Below, in pieces: positions 1-11,020 of a DNA stretch of 64,000 nucleotides (position 1 is its first letter; each line of letters begins with the position of its first letter). Under the pieces are notes generated by a model. It searched no databases and had not been told where the DNA came from. It saw nothing but the letters and a program-made list of their open reading frames with translations. Origin of the DNA: a bacterium (lineage in GTDB: Bacteria > Ratteibacteria > UBA8468 > B48-G9 > DTJG01); contig JAJYYV010000001.1 of the NCBI GenBank assembly GCA_021800535.1, positions 1,389 through 65,388 on the forward strand. The letters run 5' to 3'. A program made the position numbers and the translations under genes.

Positions 1-6
1 ACCCGA

Positions 7-3000
7 ATGCCAGGTACACCTTCTTATTATCAGTCAGCAGATTATATTTATCAATATTTTATATCTTCTGGTTTGACAGATGTTAAAAAAGAAGAATTTA
101 AAACAGTTGTTCCGATACAGAAACAAGCCGAACTAAAAAGTGGTAATATTACCATACCTTTAGATGCTTTATGGCCCAATAGTGTAAGAACATGTTCTAC
201 CGGAAAAAAAGGAATTACAGGTAGTCTTATTTACTATAGTGAAAAAAATCCTGCTTCTATTAATGGAAAAATAATAGCAGGAAATATTATTGTTATGAAA
301 TTTAATTCCGGGAATGAATGGATAACTCTTGCAGGTCTTGGAGCAAGAGCTATTATTTTTCTTGCACCGGATAATACCAATAGAATTCAGGCAGAAGATA
401 AATTTTTAAATGTACCTGTTAATGTCCCCCGTTTTTATATATTAAAAAAATATACTTCTTTCATTACAAATTTAATAAAATCATCTTCTCCTGTGAATAT
501 TTCCGCTAAAGTCCTATGGAAAAATGCGCCTTCTTATAATATATATGGTTTTATAAAAGGAACAGACCCGATATTAAAAAAACAATTGATATTAATTGAA
601 TCTTATTATGATAGTATTAGTGTTGTTCCGTCTATTGCTCCAGGTGCAGAAGCATCAGATGGAATTTCATCTCTCCTTAGATTGGTTAAATATTTCCAGG
701 AAAATCCTCCCAAAAGGAGTATTTTGTTTCTTGCCTGTTCAAGTCATTTTGAATACAATAAGGGTATAGATGCTTTTATACAAAGACATTTACGGACTGC
801 CCAACCTTTTAAATCTCAAACAAAAATCTCTTTTTCTCCAGCATTTGCTTTTTGTTTAGACCTGTCAAGTCATTCAAATCAAATTGGAGTGTGGGATAAT
901 CTATATGAGGAAAATCCTTATGAGCTGTCTATCCGGGGGATTATGGCACCTTATGCAAAAGAAATAATTAAATATGGTCAGCAAGCGGCTTCTTTACTTG
1001 GATATAGCTCACAAGATGAATTTGTTAATGGAGTAACGCCTGAAAAAGGAATAGTATGGAAGAATTATCTGCCTGGATTAATAAAAAGTGATGGAGGATT
1101 TTTAATATTGGATGGAGTTCCCACTCTTTCTTTTATTACTGTAAATGATGCCAGAGATAAAATAGATACACCTTTTGATACTGCAAATTTTGTAAATTAT
1201 CAAAACCTTGAACAACAATATCAGCTAATAAAGAATATACTTTCAAATGCTGTAAATAATTCTAACTTTTTTAGTGTGGGAAAGATTTCCTTACAAGACC
1301 ATCTTGCCAATCTTACTGTTAAATCTGTAATTTTTAATCCTACCAAAGGGTTTGTTCCAAATCAACCTGTTACTAATGCAATTGTTTTACCAAGATTTAT
1401 TCCGGGTACGGATAATCCTCCTCAAAAAACATATTTTGGGGTCAGGGGTGATATTTTTGATATGACGAATAAGAAAGGAGACGCAGTTGTTACCCAATTT
1501 CCTGTTGGTGTTCAAGTTCTTATTCAGGCATATTATTCTAACCCTAAAAATGGAAATATTATATATTCTTCAGATTTTGGTATTTATGGAGACCAACAGT
1601 ATCCTATGCTTACATCTATTGGTTTAAATGAAATGAGAACTACAAATGTTCTTTTTAGATGTAAGGCAATAAATCTTTTTAATTTAATAGACCCAAGATA
1701 TTTAATTCCATTAGAATCTTTGGATATTTTTAATTTAACTAACACCATACCTGATTCATATGGTTATTATCTTGAAAATCCAAAAGATACAGTTATCTGG
1801 AAATGGACATCCAAAAGTGAGCCAGTAGGGGTGGTTTTTGCCAAACCGAATTCTTTTATTAAGATAGCAGGAATTGCCGGGGCAATGGGAATAAGACTTT
1901 TACTTTTAAATTCAACACTCACAATAACAAATAAATCAGAGGCAGAAGGAAAGGGTTTTAATGTCAACAATATTATATCTATTAATAATGTTCCCTATCA
2001 AAGTGCGATTGATATGTATGCTTTAGACCATTATAGAACCCATATCTTTAAAAAATATAATATAGTAAATACAAGACTTGACCAACTTCAAAGATATGCA
2101 AAAAAACTTATTGCCAAAGCAGAATTAGCATATAAAGAAAAAAGTTGGGAACAATTTTTATCTTTTTCCAGACAGGCGCAGGCAATAGAATCAAGGGCTT
2201 ATCCTGATGTAAAAAGCACTTCTGACGATGTTGTAAAGGGTTTAATATTTTATTTCATGCTTCTTCTTCCTTTTGCTTATTTTTGTGAACGGTTATTTTT
2301 TGGTTTTGCCAAAATAGAAAAAAGAATAGCAGGTATTTTTGGCATATTTATTGTTATATATATAATAATGCGGTTTGTTGATCCGGCATTTAAACTTACC
2401 AGTTCTCCTGAAATTATTCTTTTAGCGTTTATTATTTTTGCGTTATCACTTGTTGTTATCGCCATTATAGCATCAAAATTTGAAGAACAGATGCAAAAAT
2501 TTAAGAAAGAATCCAATAAAGTATATCAAACAGATGTGGGTAGAATTACCGCAACAGGTACTGCTTTTTCTCTTGGTGTGGCAAATATGAAGAAAAGAAA
2601 AACAAGAACTTTGTTGACAGGTATAACTATTGTTCTTCTTACATTCACAGTCCTTTCCTTTACATCTATAAAATCATATATGAAATTTAATCAGATTATG
2701 CGTAGTAATAAACCTTTGTATAATGGATTACTTTTAAGAGATAGGGCATGGAATCCTTTGCAAACTATATCCCAGGAATATGTAAATTCTGAATTTAAAC
2801 ACAATGGGATTATTGCTGAAAGATACTGGTATTTAATAGGTCTTTCTAATCCAACATTTATACAGATTTCATCCGGAAATAAAAACACTTATGCTTCTTC
2901 TCTTTTGGGGTTGACTTCACAGGAAACAGAAATTACCCATGTTAATAAATGTCTTATTGCTGGTAAATGGTTAACCTCTGGAGAAAAAAATGTTATTATT

Positions 3001-4299
3001 CTTCCTGAAAAAATTGCAGATGCCCTTGGTATTAGTCCTGGAGATATTGGTAAAAAAACTGTAAGGATATATGGAGAAAAACTTATTGTGCAAGGCATTT
3101 TTAATTCAAAACAATTTAATAAAATCAAGGATTTAGATGATGAACCTCTGGCTCCTGTAAGTTTTTCAGCTTTACCCCAGGAAGAAATCTCAAAGATGAA
3201 AATGGAGCAAACTGCTCAGGTTACAGAATCTGTAGGAAAAATTAAAACTTTTGTACATCTTTCTTCTTCAAATGTGCCTATTGTCCCTGTGGCTTTTGTA
3301 AAACAGTTGGGCGGAACACTTCAATCTATTGCTGTAAAATTTTATCCGGGTCAGGATATCAAAAAACTTGTTGAGGATTTTATATCTAAATTAGCCGTGA
3401 CTATTTTTGTTGGGAATAAAGGAAAAGTTTCCGTATATAGTAGCATGGGACTTACTTCTATTTCCGGGGTAGCCAGTCTTATTATTCCTATTCTTATAGC
3501 TGCTCTTATTATTCTTAACACTATGCTTGGTTCAGTATATGAAAGAATGAGGGAGATAGGAACATATAGTGCAGTAGGGCTTGCTCCCGTACATATTGCT
3601 TCTTTATTTTTTGCAGAATCAGGAGTTTTTGCTGTGTTGGGGGCTGTAGGTGGATATTTGCTCGGTCAAATTGTTACAAAATTTCTAATTTATTTTCATC
3701 TGCTAAAAGGGATTTCTTTAAATTATTCATCACTTTCAGCTGTTTTTGCCACTATAGTAATTATAGCGACAGTTCTTTTGTCCACTTTATATCCTGCGCG
3801 AAAAGCGTCACAAATGTCAGTGCCTGATGTTACAAGAAGATGGTCAATGCCTGAACCAAAAGGTGATAATTGGAAATTTCAATTTCCTTTTACTGTAAGT
3901 GAAATAGAAGTTTTGGGTCTTATTACATTTCTTAATGAATATTTTAATTCTTATCAGGATGTTTCTCTGGGTTATTTTTATACCAGTGGAGCTTCGCTTA
4001 CAAATAATTTGGTTGGAAATAGGAATGAATATATTACAGAAACAAAAATTTGGCTGGCTCCATTTGACCTTGGAGTAAGTCAAAGCATGAAGATAATTAT
4101 GAAGCCTATGGGCCAATATAATTTTTATACAATTGATATAGAGCTTAATAGACTAAGTGGTGAAGCAAATGATTGGAAGAGACTAAACAGAAGATTTATT
4201 GATGGCATTAGAAAACAATTTCTTGTGTGGAGAACAGTAAGTCCAGACATAAAAAAAGATTATGAATCTCAAGGCAGAATAATTTTAAAAATAGCTTAA
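7..4299 (+). CDS. Large membrane protein, N-terminus cut off by the window edge; big N-terminal extracytoplasmic region and two C-terminal FtsX/MacB-type permease domains
   Basis: Open frame to base 7 with no start in the window. Two FtsX-like hydrophobic segments near the C-terminus (e.g. GVANMKKRKTRTLLTGITIVLLTF and LNTMLGSVYERMREIGTYSAVGL). Low-GC codon usage matches neighbouring genes. Confidence 0.5.
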   Translation: MPGTPSYYQSADYIYQYFISSGLTDVKKEEFKTVVPIQKQAELKSGNITIPLDALWPNSVRTCSTGKKGITGSLIYYSEKNPASINGKIIAGNIIVMKFNSGNEWITLAGLGARAIIFLAPDNTNRIQAEDKFLNVPVNVPRFYILKKYTSFITNLIKSSSPVNISAKVLWKNAPSYNIYGFIKGTDPILKKQLILIESYYDSISVVPSIAPGAEASDGISSLLRLVKYFQENPPKRSILFLACSSHFEYNKGIDAFIQRHLRTAQPFKSQTKISFSPAFAFCLDLSSHSNQIGVWDNLYEENPYELSIRGIMAPYAKEIIKYGQQAASLLGYSSQDEFVNGVTPEKGIVWKNYLPGLIKSDGGFLILDGVPTLSFITVNDARDKIDTPFDTANFVNYQNLEQQYQLIKNILSNAVNNSNFFSVGKISLQDHLANLTVKSVIFNPTKGFVPNQPVTNAIVLPRFIPGTDNPPQKTYFGVRGDIFDMTNKKGDAVVTQFPVGVQVLIQAYYSNPKNGNIIYSSDFGIYGDQQYPMLTSIGLNEMRTTNVLFRCKAINLFNLIDPRYLIPLESLDIFNLTNTIPDSYGYYLENPKDTVIWKWTSKSEPVGVVFAKPNSFIKIAGIAGAMGIRLLLLNSTLTITNKSEAEGKGFNVNNIISINNVPYQSAIDMYALDHYRTHIFKKYNIVNTRLDQLQRYAKKLIAKAELAYKEKSWEQFLSFSRQAQAIESRAYPDVKSTSDDVVKGLIFYFMLLLPFAYFCERLFFGFAKIEKRIAGIFGIFIVIYIIMRFVDPAFKLTSSPEIILLAFIIFALSLVVIAIIASKFEEQMQKFKKESNKVYQTDVGRITATGTAFSLGVANMKKRKTRTLLTGITIVLLTFTVLSFTSIKSYMKFNQIMRSNKPLYNGLLLRDRAWNPLQTISQEYVNSEFKHNGIIAERYWYLIGLSNPTFIQISSGNKNTYASSLLGLTSQETEITHVNKCLIAGKWLTSGEKNVIILPEKIADALGISPGDIGKKTVRIYGEKLIVQGIFNSKQFNKIKDLDDEPLAPVSFSALPQEEISKMKMEQTAQVTESVGKIKTFVHLSSSNVPIVPVAFVKQLGGTLQSIAVKFYPGQDIKKLVEDFISKLAVTIFVGNKGKVSVYSSMGLTSISGVASLIIPILIAALIILNTMLGSVYERMREIGTYSAVGLAPVHIASLFFAESGVFAVLGAVGGYLLGQIVTKFLIYFHLLKGISLNYSSLSAVFATIVIIATVLLSTLYPARKASQMSVPDVTRRWSMPEPKGDNWKFQFPFTVSEIEVLGLITFLNEYFNSYQDVSLGYFYTSGASLTNNLVGNRNEYITETKIWLAPFDLGVSQSMKIIMKPMGQYNFYTIDIELNRLSGEANDWKRLNRRFIDGIRKQFLVWRTVSPDIKKDYESQGRIILKIA

Positions 4300-4314
4300 A
4301 AATAAGGATTTTAT

Positions 4315-6309
4315 ATGAATAATACAATATCAGATTTTACTCCTGAAATTTCTGAAAAATTTGAAGAAGGATTTAATTTAAAGGTTCTTATAGCATCGTT
4401 ATTTATTGGTCTTATTATGCTGCCTGGCTCAATCTACCTTGGTTTAATTACAGGAGGTGGTTTGGGAGGTGCTGCCCAGTGGGTTGCTGTTATACTTTTA
4501 GCAGAGATTGCAAAAAGGTCCTTTGTTCAATTAAAAAAACAAGAAGTCTATATTTTATATATTCTGTCTGGAACAATTATGAGTTCTGCTGCTTTACTTG
4601 GCACAGCAGGACTTATTCTCCCTGGAGGCGCATTTGCCCAGCTTATATGGAACCAGTATATTATTCAATCCCCCTATGCCCATTTTTTCCATCTAGCCCA
4701 TTATTTACCTGGTTGGGTAGCTCCTCATCCTGGTTCAGCGGCCCTTATAAAAAGAACATTTTTTAGTAGTGTATGGCTTACACCTATTCTTATTATTATT
4801 GCTTCAACAATTCTGTATCAAATAACAAGTTTTAGTCTTGGCTATGTTCTTTTTCGTTTAACCAGTGATAGAGAAAAACTTCTTTTTCCTATGGCTCCTG
4901 TGGCTGCAGAAGGCGCGACTGCTCTTGCAGAAACAACAGGGAAAAAAGAAGGTTGGCGTTGGAGAATTTTTAGTATCAGTGCTATGATTGGTTTGATATT
5001 TGGAGCCATATATATTGTTGTTCCGGCAGTTACAGGTCTTTTTATGGCAAAACCGCTTCAGCTTATTCCGATACCATGGGTTGATTTAACACCTCAGATA
5101 AGTTCAATGTTCCCTGCATCTATGCTTGGTTTTGCTACTGATATAGGTGTTATTATTATTGGCTTTGTTCTTCCTTTTTGGGTTGTGGTAGGTATGTTTG
5201 TTGCTTCTATACTTTCTCAAACTATAGGCAATCCTATACTTTATAAAATGGGGATGTTAAAAAATTGGGAGTATGGAATGAGTGCTATTCCAACAAATAT
5301 TGTAACTACTATGAATTTTTGGATTAATGCGTTTATTGGAATTGGAATTACTGTTGGACTTATAGGTATCCTTACAATGTTTTTTACCACATTTCGTAAA
5401 AAAAATAATAAAGATTATACAAAAGAGCAAACATCATTACCAGAAGGAAGAGGGGATTATCCTATTCCTTTTGCTATTTTAATATGGTTTATAGCTACCT
5501 TATTATATGTTGTTCTATGTCATAAACTTGTTCCAAGTTTTTCTGTTATGGTTTTTGTCTTCTTTGGATTTATTCTTACTCCATTTTTAAGTTATGCATC
5601 TGCCAGAATGTTTGGAACTACCGGGTCCCCAACAGGTGTATCTTTTCCGTTTGTCAAAGAATCCACTTTTTTAATGAGCAGTTATGCCAGTGGATATAAA
5701 GGTTCAAGTATTTGGTTTGCGCCAGTTCCATATAATGATTTTGGTGGGATGCCACAAGGTTTCAGGCAGCTTGAACTGACAAAGACAAAGTTTACCAGTT
5801 GGTATAAAGCCCAAATTGCAGCTGTTGTTATAATGCTTTTATGCGGACTTTTATTCTGGTCAATAATATGGCATTTTGCTCCAATTCCATCTTCAACATA
5901 TCCATATGCCCAGATGATATGGCCCATGAATGCCCTTTTTAATACTTTATGGGCAACAAGTACTCTTGGAAGGAGTTCATGGTTGATGCATTCTTTAAAT
6001 GTTAAATATATTTTTGGATCTACACTAACCGGTTTTATTTTGTTTGGTATTCTATCTCTTACTACTTTACCTATTTCTTTTTTCTATGGTCTTGTAGCAG
6101 GGATTGTAACAATGCCACAGTTTGCTATTCCAATGTTTATAGGAGCACTTCTTAGTAGATTCTACTTTAGTAAAAAAATAGGGAAAGAAACATGGGCAAG
6201 GTATGCTCCAATAATTCTTGCAGGATATTATTGCGGTGAAGGTCTTATAGGAATGTTTGCTGTAGCAATAGCCCTTATTGTTAAGACTATTTATCATCTT
6301 ATATTCTAA
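4315..6309 (+). CDS. Polytopic integral membrane protein, function unknown
   Basis: 664-aa ORF starting 16 nt after the previous gene. More than 10 predicted TM segments, rich in G/A/L/I/F. No catalytic motif recognised. Confidence 0.5.
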   Translation: MNNTISDFTPEISEKFEEGFNLKVLIASLFIGLIMLPGSIYLGLITGGGLGGAAQWVAVILLAEIAKRSFVQLKKQEVYILYILSGTIMSSAALLGTAGLILPGGAFAQLIWNQYIIQSPYAHFFHLAHYLPGWVAPHPGSAALIKRTFFSSVWLTPILIIIASTILYQITSFSLGYVLFRLTSDREKLLFPMAPVAAEGATALAETTGKKEGWRWRIFSISAMIGLIFGAIYIVVPAVTGLFMAKPLQLIPIPWVDLTPQISSMFPASMLGFATDIGVIIIGFVLPFWVVVGMFVASILSQTIGNPILYKMGMLKNWEYGMSAIPTNIVTTMNFWINAFIGIGITVGLIGILTMFFTTFRKKNNKDYTKEQTSLPEGRGDYPIPFAILIWFIATLLYVVLCHKLVPSFSVMVFVFFGFILTPFLSYASARMFGTTGSPTGVSFPFVKESTFLMSSYASGYKGSSIWFAPVPYNDFGGMPQGFRQLELTKTKFTSWYKAQIAAVVIMLLCGLLFWSIIWHFAPIPSSTYPYAQMIWPMNALFNTLWATSTLGRSSWLMHSLNVKYIFGSTLTGFILFGILSLTTLPISFFYGLVAGIVTMPQFAIPMFIGALLSRFYFSKKIGKETWARYAPIILAGYYCGEGLIGMFAVAIALIVKTIYHLIF

Positions 6310-6352
6310 TTATTTTTTTGTGGTTCTCTAAGGCTGAAATTTTTAAAAACGA

Positions 6353-7390
6353 TTATTTTGCAATAGAACCTTTTACAAAAAAACTATGGTTCATCCTAGA
6401 AATAAATTCTATAGATGCTTTTACAACATTTTGGTCATATAATTTCCCTGAATTTTTTGTAATCTCTTCAATTGCTTCTTGTAAACTTAAAGCCGGTCTA
6501 TATGGTCTGAAAGAAGTCATGGCTTCTATGACATCTGCTATAGCAAGAATTCTTGCTTCAATGCAAATATTATGATTTCTAAGTCTGTTAGGATATCCGG
6601 AACCGTCTAATCTTTCATGATGTTGAATTATAATATTTGTTATATCCCATGGCAGATATATATCTTTCAAAATATTAAAAGCAGTAATAGGATGATCTTT
6701 TATCAAATTCATTTCATTTATTCCGATTTTTGATGGTTTTGATAAAATTTCCATGGGTACAGCGATTTTACCAATATCATGTAAAAGCCCTGCCATATAA
6801 ATTGTATTAATTGTATCCTGTGATAAATTAATATATTTTGCTATCCCTTTTGCGATTTCTGCCACCCTTTTTTGATGTCCTGCTGTATAGGGATCTTTTA
6901 TTGCCAATAGAGATTCAGGTAACCGGATGAGGTCCTCTGTAGCTCGTTGATTTTTAATATATTCTTCCTTTAAGGTTTCTGACATGATTTTTTTCTCTGT
7001 TATATCTTCTACCATAGCAATAATTTTCTTATCAGTTATCTTTTGACCAATTCGGGCAAGATACGCATTACATAAAATGTTTTTCCCGTCTTTTCGTTTA
7101 AAAGTGATTTCATGTTGATATGTTGATTTTTTTTCCAAATATGAATAATGTTCTTCTCCAACTTTTTTGTATGTTTCTTCAGAAGTATAGAAAATGTTTA
7201 CATCTTTTCCAATTAATTCTGTATTTTTCCAGCCAAATATATTTTTAACATTTTTATTTGCAAAGACAATCTGTCTATTTTGTAAGACAACCAGAGCGTA
7301 TGGAATTGCATTAAAAATTGCCTCAAATATGTCATAACAATCATCCATATTTTTTGCTATTAGTTTTAACCAGTTTTTTTTATCTTTCAT
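6353..7390 (-). CDS. PAS-domain HD-GYP phosphohydrolase, probable c-di-GMP phosphodiesterase
   Basis: HD-GYP hallmarks: HQKRV...LLHDIGKIAVP...HHERLDGSGYPNRL. The N-terminal ~120 aa are PAS-like. Confidence 0.8.
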   Translation of the reverse strand: MKDKKNWLKLIAKNMDDCYDIFEAIFNAIPYALVVLQNRQIVFANKNVKNIFGWKNTELIGKDVNIFYTSEETYKKVGEEHYSYLEKKSTYQHEITFKRKDGKNILCNAYLARIGQKITDKKIIAMVEDITEKKIMSETLKEEYIKNQRATEDLIRLPESLLAIKDPYTAGHQKRVAEIAKGIAKYINLSQDTINTIYMAGLLHDIGKIAVPMEILSKPSKIGINEMNLIKDHPITAFNILKDIYLPWDITNIIIQHHERLDGSGYPNRLRNHNICIEARILAIADVIEAMTSFRPYRPALSLQEAIEEITKNSGKLYDQNVVKASIEFISRMNHSFFVKGSIAK

Positions 7391-7449
7391 TAATTCCCCC
7401 TCTTATTTTTTTATTAGTTTTTATTATTTTTATTAATATATTATTTTGT

Positions 7450-7848
7450 TCAGAATTTATCTTTAATGCTATATTTACCGGGTCCCATGAGAATTAAGGC
7501 TATACATACTGAAATAATGATAAAATTATATTCAAATCCGCCGGGGAGAAAAAACCCTTTTGATATATTTACAGTTAAAATAGCCACTATCATATCAATT
7601 AACAATAAAAATGAGAATGTCCTTACAAAAATCCCCAAAATAAGAAATATTCCTCCCACAAGTTCTACAAATGTTACAAGATATGCAAAAAATAATGGAA
7701 AAGGAATTCCTAAATTAGTAAGTATATGAGCAAAACCGCTTATTCCCATGCCGCCAAACAAACCAAATGCTTTTTGCAGCCCATGTCCTGTAAACATAAT
7801 ACCAAGAAACACTCTTAGTACTAAACTTGACCAGTTTATTTTATTCAT
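7450..7848 (-). CDS. DoxX family membrane protein
   Basis: 132 aa with four TM segments. N-terminus WSSLVLRVFLGIMFTGHGLQK is typical of DoxX. Confidence 0.6.
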   Translation of the reverse strand: MNKINWSSLVLRVFLGIMFTGHGLQKAFGLFGGMGISGFAHILTNLGIPFPLFFAYLVTFVELVGGIFLILGIFVRTFSFLLLIDMIVAILTVNISKGFFLPGGFEYNFIIISVCIALILMGPGKYSIKDKF

Positions 7849-7942
7849 ATTAAATTTATAATCTCTGCCTTTAATTGATTTTGAATTGTTAACAGCATAA
7901 ATTAGAATAACATTATTTTTTCAAAATAGAAAATTTAATTTT

Positions 7943-8707
7943 TTGAAAGAGTATGTTAGTATTATTATTATGGAAATAGCAAATAAATCTAAAGAATTAT
8001 TCTCTATAAAAGGATGGGTGAAAAACTCATTTTGTGATTGGGAAGGTGAAATTTCTACTGTTATTTTTCTTCCCGGATGTAATTTCCGTTGTCCATTCTG
8101 TCAGAACTGGGATTTAGCAACAAATCCTGACTCTTTTGCATCTCTGGATTGGGAAACAATAAAAAAAAGTATTGATGCAGAAAAAGATTTTATAGATGGG
8201 GTAGTGATTACAGGTGGAGAGCCCTTTATGTCAAAAAATCTTGAAAATCTTTTAAAAGAAATAAAAGAAATAGATTTAAAAGTAAAAATTGATACCAATG
8301 GTTCTTTTCCAGAAAAGTTAGAAAAAGTTTTATCTAAAGGATTAATAGATAGTATCTCTATGGATATTAAAAATTCACTTAATCTTAAGGATTATGGAAA
8401 AACTATAGGGGGAACAAATGAGAAGATATTAGATAATGTTAAAAATTCTATAAATATAATAAAATCTTCAGGGATTGATTACGAATTCAGGACAACACTA
8501 CTTCCTGTATTTCATTCTTTATCCAGAGTAAAAGAAATAGGAGAATATCTTAATAGAGCCAAAAGATATATATTACAGGGTTATAGAAGTATTGGGGTGA
8601 ATCCGCAATTTACATGTAGTGAGACATTTTCAAAAGAACAACTGGAAACATTTAAAAAAGAAATAGAAGGATTTTTTGATGAATGTAGAATCAGATATTA
8701 TAAATAA
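7943..8707 (+). CDS. Radical SAM protein, glycyl-radical-enzyme activase-like
   Basis: CNFRCPFCQNW gives a Cx3Cx2C radical-SAM cluster motif near the N-terminus. The exact subfamily (NrdG, PflA or AmrS-like) cannot be decided by eye. Confidence 0.6.
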   Translation: MKEYVSIIIMEIANKSKELFSIKGWVKNSFCDWEGEISTVIFLPGCNFRCPFCQNWDLATNPDSFASLDWETIKKSIDAEKDFIDGVVITGGEPFMSKNLENLLKEIKEIDLKVKIDTNGSFPEKLEKVLSKGLIDSISMDIKNSLNLKDYGKTIGGTNEKILDNVKNSINIIKSSGIDYEFRTTLLPVFHSLSRVKEIGEYLNRAKRYILQGYRSIGVNPQFTCSETFSKEQLETFKKEIEGFFDECRIRYYK

Positions 8708-8721
8708 GGAGGATATTTTAT

Positions 8722-9597
8722 ATGTATGACCTTATTATTGTGGGTGCAGGACCTGCAGGATTATCCGCAAGTATTTATGCGGCAAGAGCTCGGCTAAATT
8801 TCATTGTTCTTGAAAGAGTATATCCTGGTGGAAAACTTATGTGGATTGATAAAATTGAAAATTATCCTGGATTTAATGAAATAATTTCCGGCCAGGTTCT
8901 TGGAGAAAAAATGTATATGCAGGCTTTAAAACTTGGGGCCAAATTTAACTTTGAGAGTGTAAAAGAAATTAAAGATGAAAGCAATACTAAAAAAGTTATT
9001 ACAGAAAATAATAATATTTATGAAACAAAAGCAATAGTTATAGCATCAGGCTCTATTCTTAAAAAATTAGGCATTCCCGGAGAGGAACAATTTTCTGGTA
9101 AAGGGGTTTCTTATTGCGCTGTGTGCGATGGATTTTTCTTTAAGAATAAAACTGTTGCTGTTATTGGTGAAGGTCCTATTGCTCTTTCAGATGTAAAATT
9201 TCTTAAAAATATAGCTTCAGTAATATGGATAAAAAAGAGAAAGGATGCAATTATAATTCCTGCGGATGTTAAAGTGATTTATGGAAATGTCAAAGAAATT
9301 AAAGGAAATCAGAAAGTGGAAGGAATACTCGTAGAAAATCAGGAAAAAGGTATTACAGAAGAAATTGGTGTGGATGGTATTTTTATTTTTTCCGGTTTTA
9401 GGCCATCTTCAGACTTCTTACCAGAAGATAAAATAAAATTGGAAGAAAAAGGGTTTATCACAACAGACAATAATTTACAAACATCTATTAGCGGAATATA
9501 TGCCTGTGGGGATATTCGGGCACATTCTTTAAAACAGATTGTATCTGCATGTTCTGAAGGAGCAATAGCTGTAGAACATCTCAGAAAGAATTTATAG
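8722..9597 (+). CDS. FAD-dependent pyridine nucleotide-disulfide oxidoreductase, thioredoxin-reductase-like
   Basis: N-terminal FAD motif DLIIVGAGPAGLSASIYAARA. Redox-active CAVCDG motif. Second GxGxxA motif VAVIGEGPIAL. RBS AAGGAGG upstream. Confidence 0.7.
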   Translation: MYDLIIVGAGPAGLSASIYAARARLNFIVLERVYPGGKLMWIDKIENYPGFNEIISGQVLGEKMYMQALKLGAKFNFESVKEIKDESNTKKVITENNNIYETKAIVIASGSILKKLGIPGEEQFSGKGVSYCAVCDGFFFKNKTVAVIGEGPIALSDVKFLKNIASVIWIKKRKDAIIIPADVKVIYGNVKEIKGNQKVEGILVENQEKGITEEIGVDGIFIFSGFRPSSDFLPEDKIKLEEKGFITTDNNLQTSISGIYACGDIRAHSLKQIVSACSEGAIAVEHLRKNL

Positions 9598-9604
9598 ATA
9601 ATTT

Positions 9605-11020
9605 ATGAATAAAGTTTATGCTGAAGAGGTTAATTTTGTTGAACCATGGAAAGTCTTTGTTGTTCTTAAAAACATTCAAGGGGTAGATAATATTTCTTTC
9701 CTTGATAGCAGTTTAAATAATGGGAATGGTGGAAGATTTTCATTACTTGCATGGGAACCTTTTTCTTCTTTCTCCTTTGAAAATAAAAGAGTCTTATATA
9801 AACAGAATGGTAAAAAAATTCAGACTGATAGCTTCCCTTTGGAATTTTTAGAGGATATATTGAAAAAATATTCATTAAAAACCAAACATTTTTTTTCACC
9901 GGGTGCTATTGGTTTTTTTTCTTATGATTTTGCATGGAATTTTGAAAAACTTCCATCAATAAAACCTGATGATATTAACATTCCAGAGTGTTTTTTCCTT
10001 TTCTATGACAGGGTGCTTGTTTTTGACCATTTTGATAAAAAGGTGCATCTTTTTATTTCTGATATAATTCATAAAAATGATTTTTCAAGATACCGGAAAG
10101 AAATAGTATCAAATATTTTATCCATTATAAGAAAAAGTCAGAATATTGCTGAACCGATATTTGCCCCTCAAAAAGTAAAAAAAATATATTCACAGATGGA
10201 TAAAAATTATTATCTCTCCTCTATAAAAAAAATCAGGAAATACATTGAGAAAGGGGATGTATATCAAATAAATTTTGCCCACCATATAAAAGGGGAAATA
10301 GATTGTTGTTCGGAATCTGTTTATTCTATGTTTAGAAAGATAAATCCTACAGGTTATTCCGCCTACTTTGATGCGGGGGATTTTGTTTTACTTTCAAATT
10401 CCCCTGAAATGTTTTTTAAAAAAGATGGTCAAAAAATCACTACAAGACCAATGAAAGGAACAAGAAAAAGAACCGGTTCTATGATGTTGGATAATAAATT
10501 TAAAAGGGAACTAAAAAACAGCAACAAGGAAAAAGCAGAGCTTTTGATGATTGTAGACCTTGAAAGAAACGATCTTGGAAGAATCTGTGCCCCAGGTTCT
10601 GTCAAAGTTACAAGATTTCCGATTTTGGAAGAATACAATACTGTGTTTCAAATGACAGCGGAAATAGAAGGATATTTAAATACTAAAAAACCGGATATTA
10701 GATTTATTTCATCTATTTTCCCATCAGGTTCAGTTACTGGTGCCCCAAAAATAAGAGCAATGGAAATTATAGAAGAAACTGAAATAGAAAAAAGGGGATT
10801 TTATACTGGAAGTTTCGGATTTTTGGGTTTTAATAATAATATGGAATTTAATATTTTAATCCGTTCCATGCTTTTAAAATCAAAAAAATTTTGGTATCCT
10901 GTTGGTGGTGGAATTGTTTGGGATAGTCAACCGGAAAAAGAGTATGAAGAAACCATGGTAAAGGCAAAAAATTTGTTTCTTTCTCTTGGAGTAAAAAATG
11001 ACAGGGAAATGCATATTTAA
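9605..11020 (+). CDS. pabB: Aminodeoxychorismate synthase component I (chorismate-binding enzyme)
   Basis: Chorismate-binding family motifs: GDVYQINFAH, PEMFF, TRPMKGT, LMIVDLERNDLGRIC, SGSVTGAPKIRAMEII. The next gene is a class-IV aminotransferase (pabC), which favours PabB over TrpE. Confidence 0.75.
   Translation: MNKVYAEEVNFVEPWKVFVVLKNIQGVDNISFLDSSLNNGNGGRFSLLAWEPFSSFSFENKRVLYKQNGKKIQTDSFPLEFLEDILKKYSLKTKHFFSPGAIGFFSYDFAWNFEKLPSIKPDDINIPECFFLFYDRVLVFDHFDKKVHLFISDIIHKNDFSRYRKEIVSNILSIIRKSQNIAEPIFAPQKVKKIYSQMDKNYYLSSIKKIRKYIEKGDVYQINFAHHIKGEIDCCSESVYSMFRKINPTGYSAYFDAGDFVLLSNSPEMFFKKDGQKITTRPMKGTRKRTGSMMLDNKFKRELKNSNKEKAELLMIVDLERNDLGRICAPGSVKVTRFPILEEYNTVFQMTAEIEGYLNTKKPDIRFISSIFPSGSVTGAPKIRAMEIIEETEIEKRGFYTGSFGFLGFNNNMEFNILIRSMLLKSKKFWYPVGGGIVWDSQPEKEYEETMVKAKNLFLSLGVKNDREMHI

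Noticed and set aside
4479-4766. Embedded 95-aa ORF inside the 664-aa membrane-protein gene, plus other short antisense ORFs in the six-frame track (e.g. 1767-1970, 2277-2516, 15250-15489, 19137-19535, 20892-21284)
   Set aside because: They lie within or antisense to well-supported long genes. They have no independent signals and their composition is biased.
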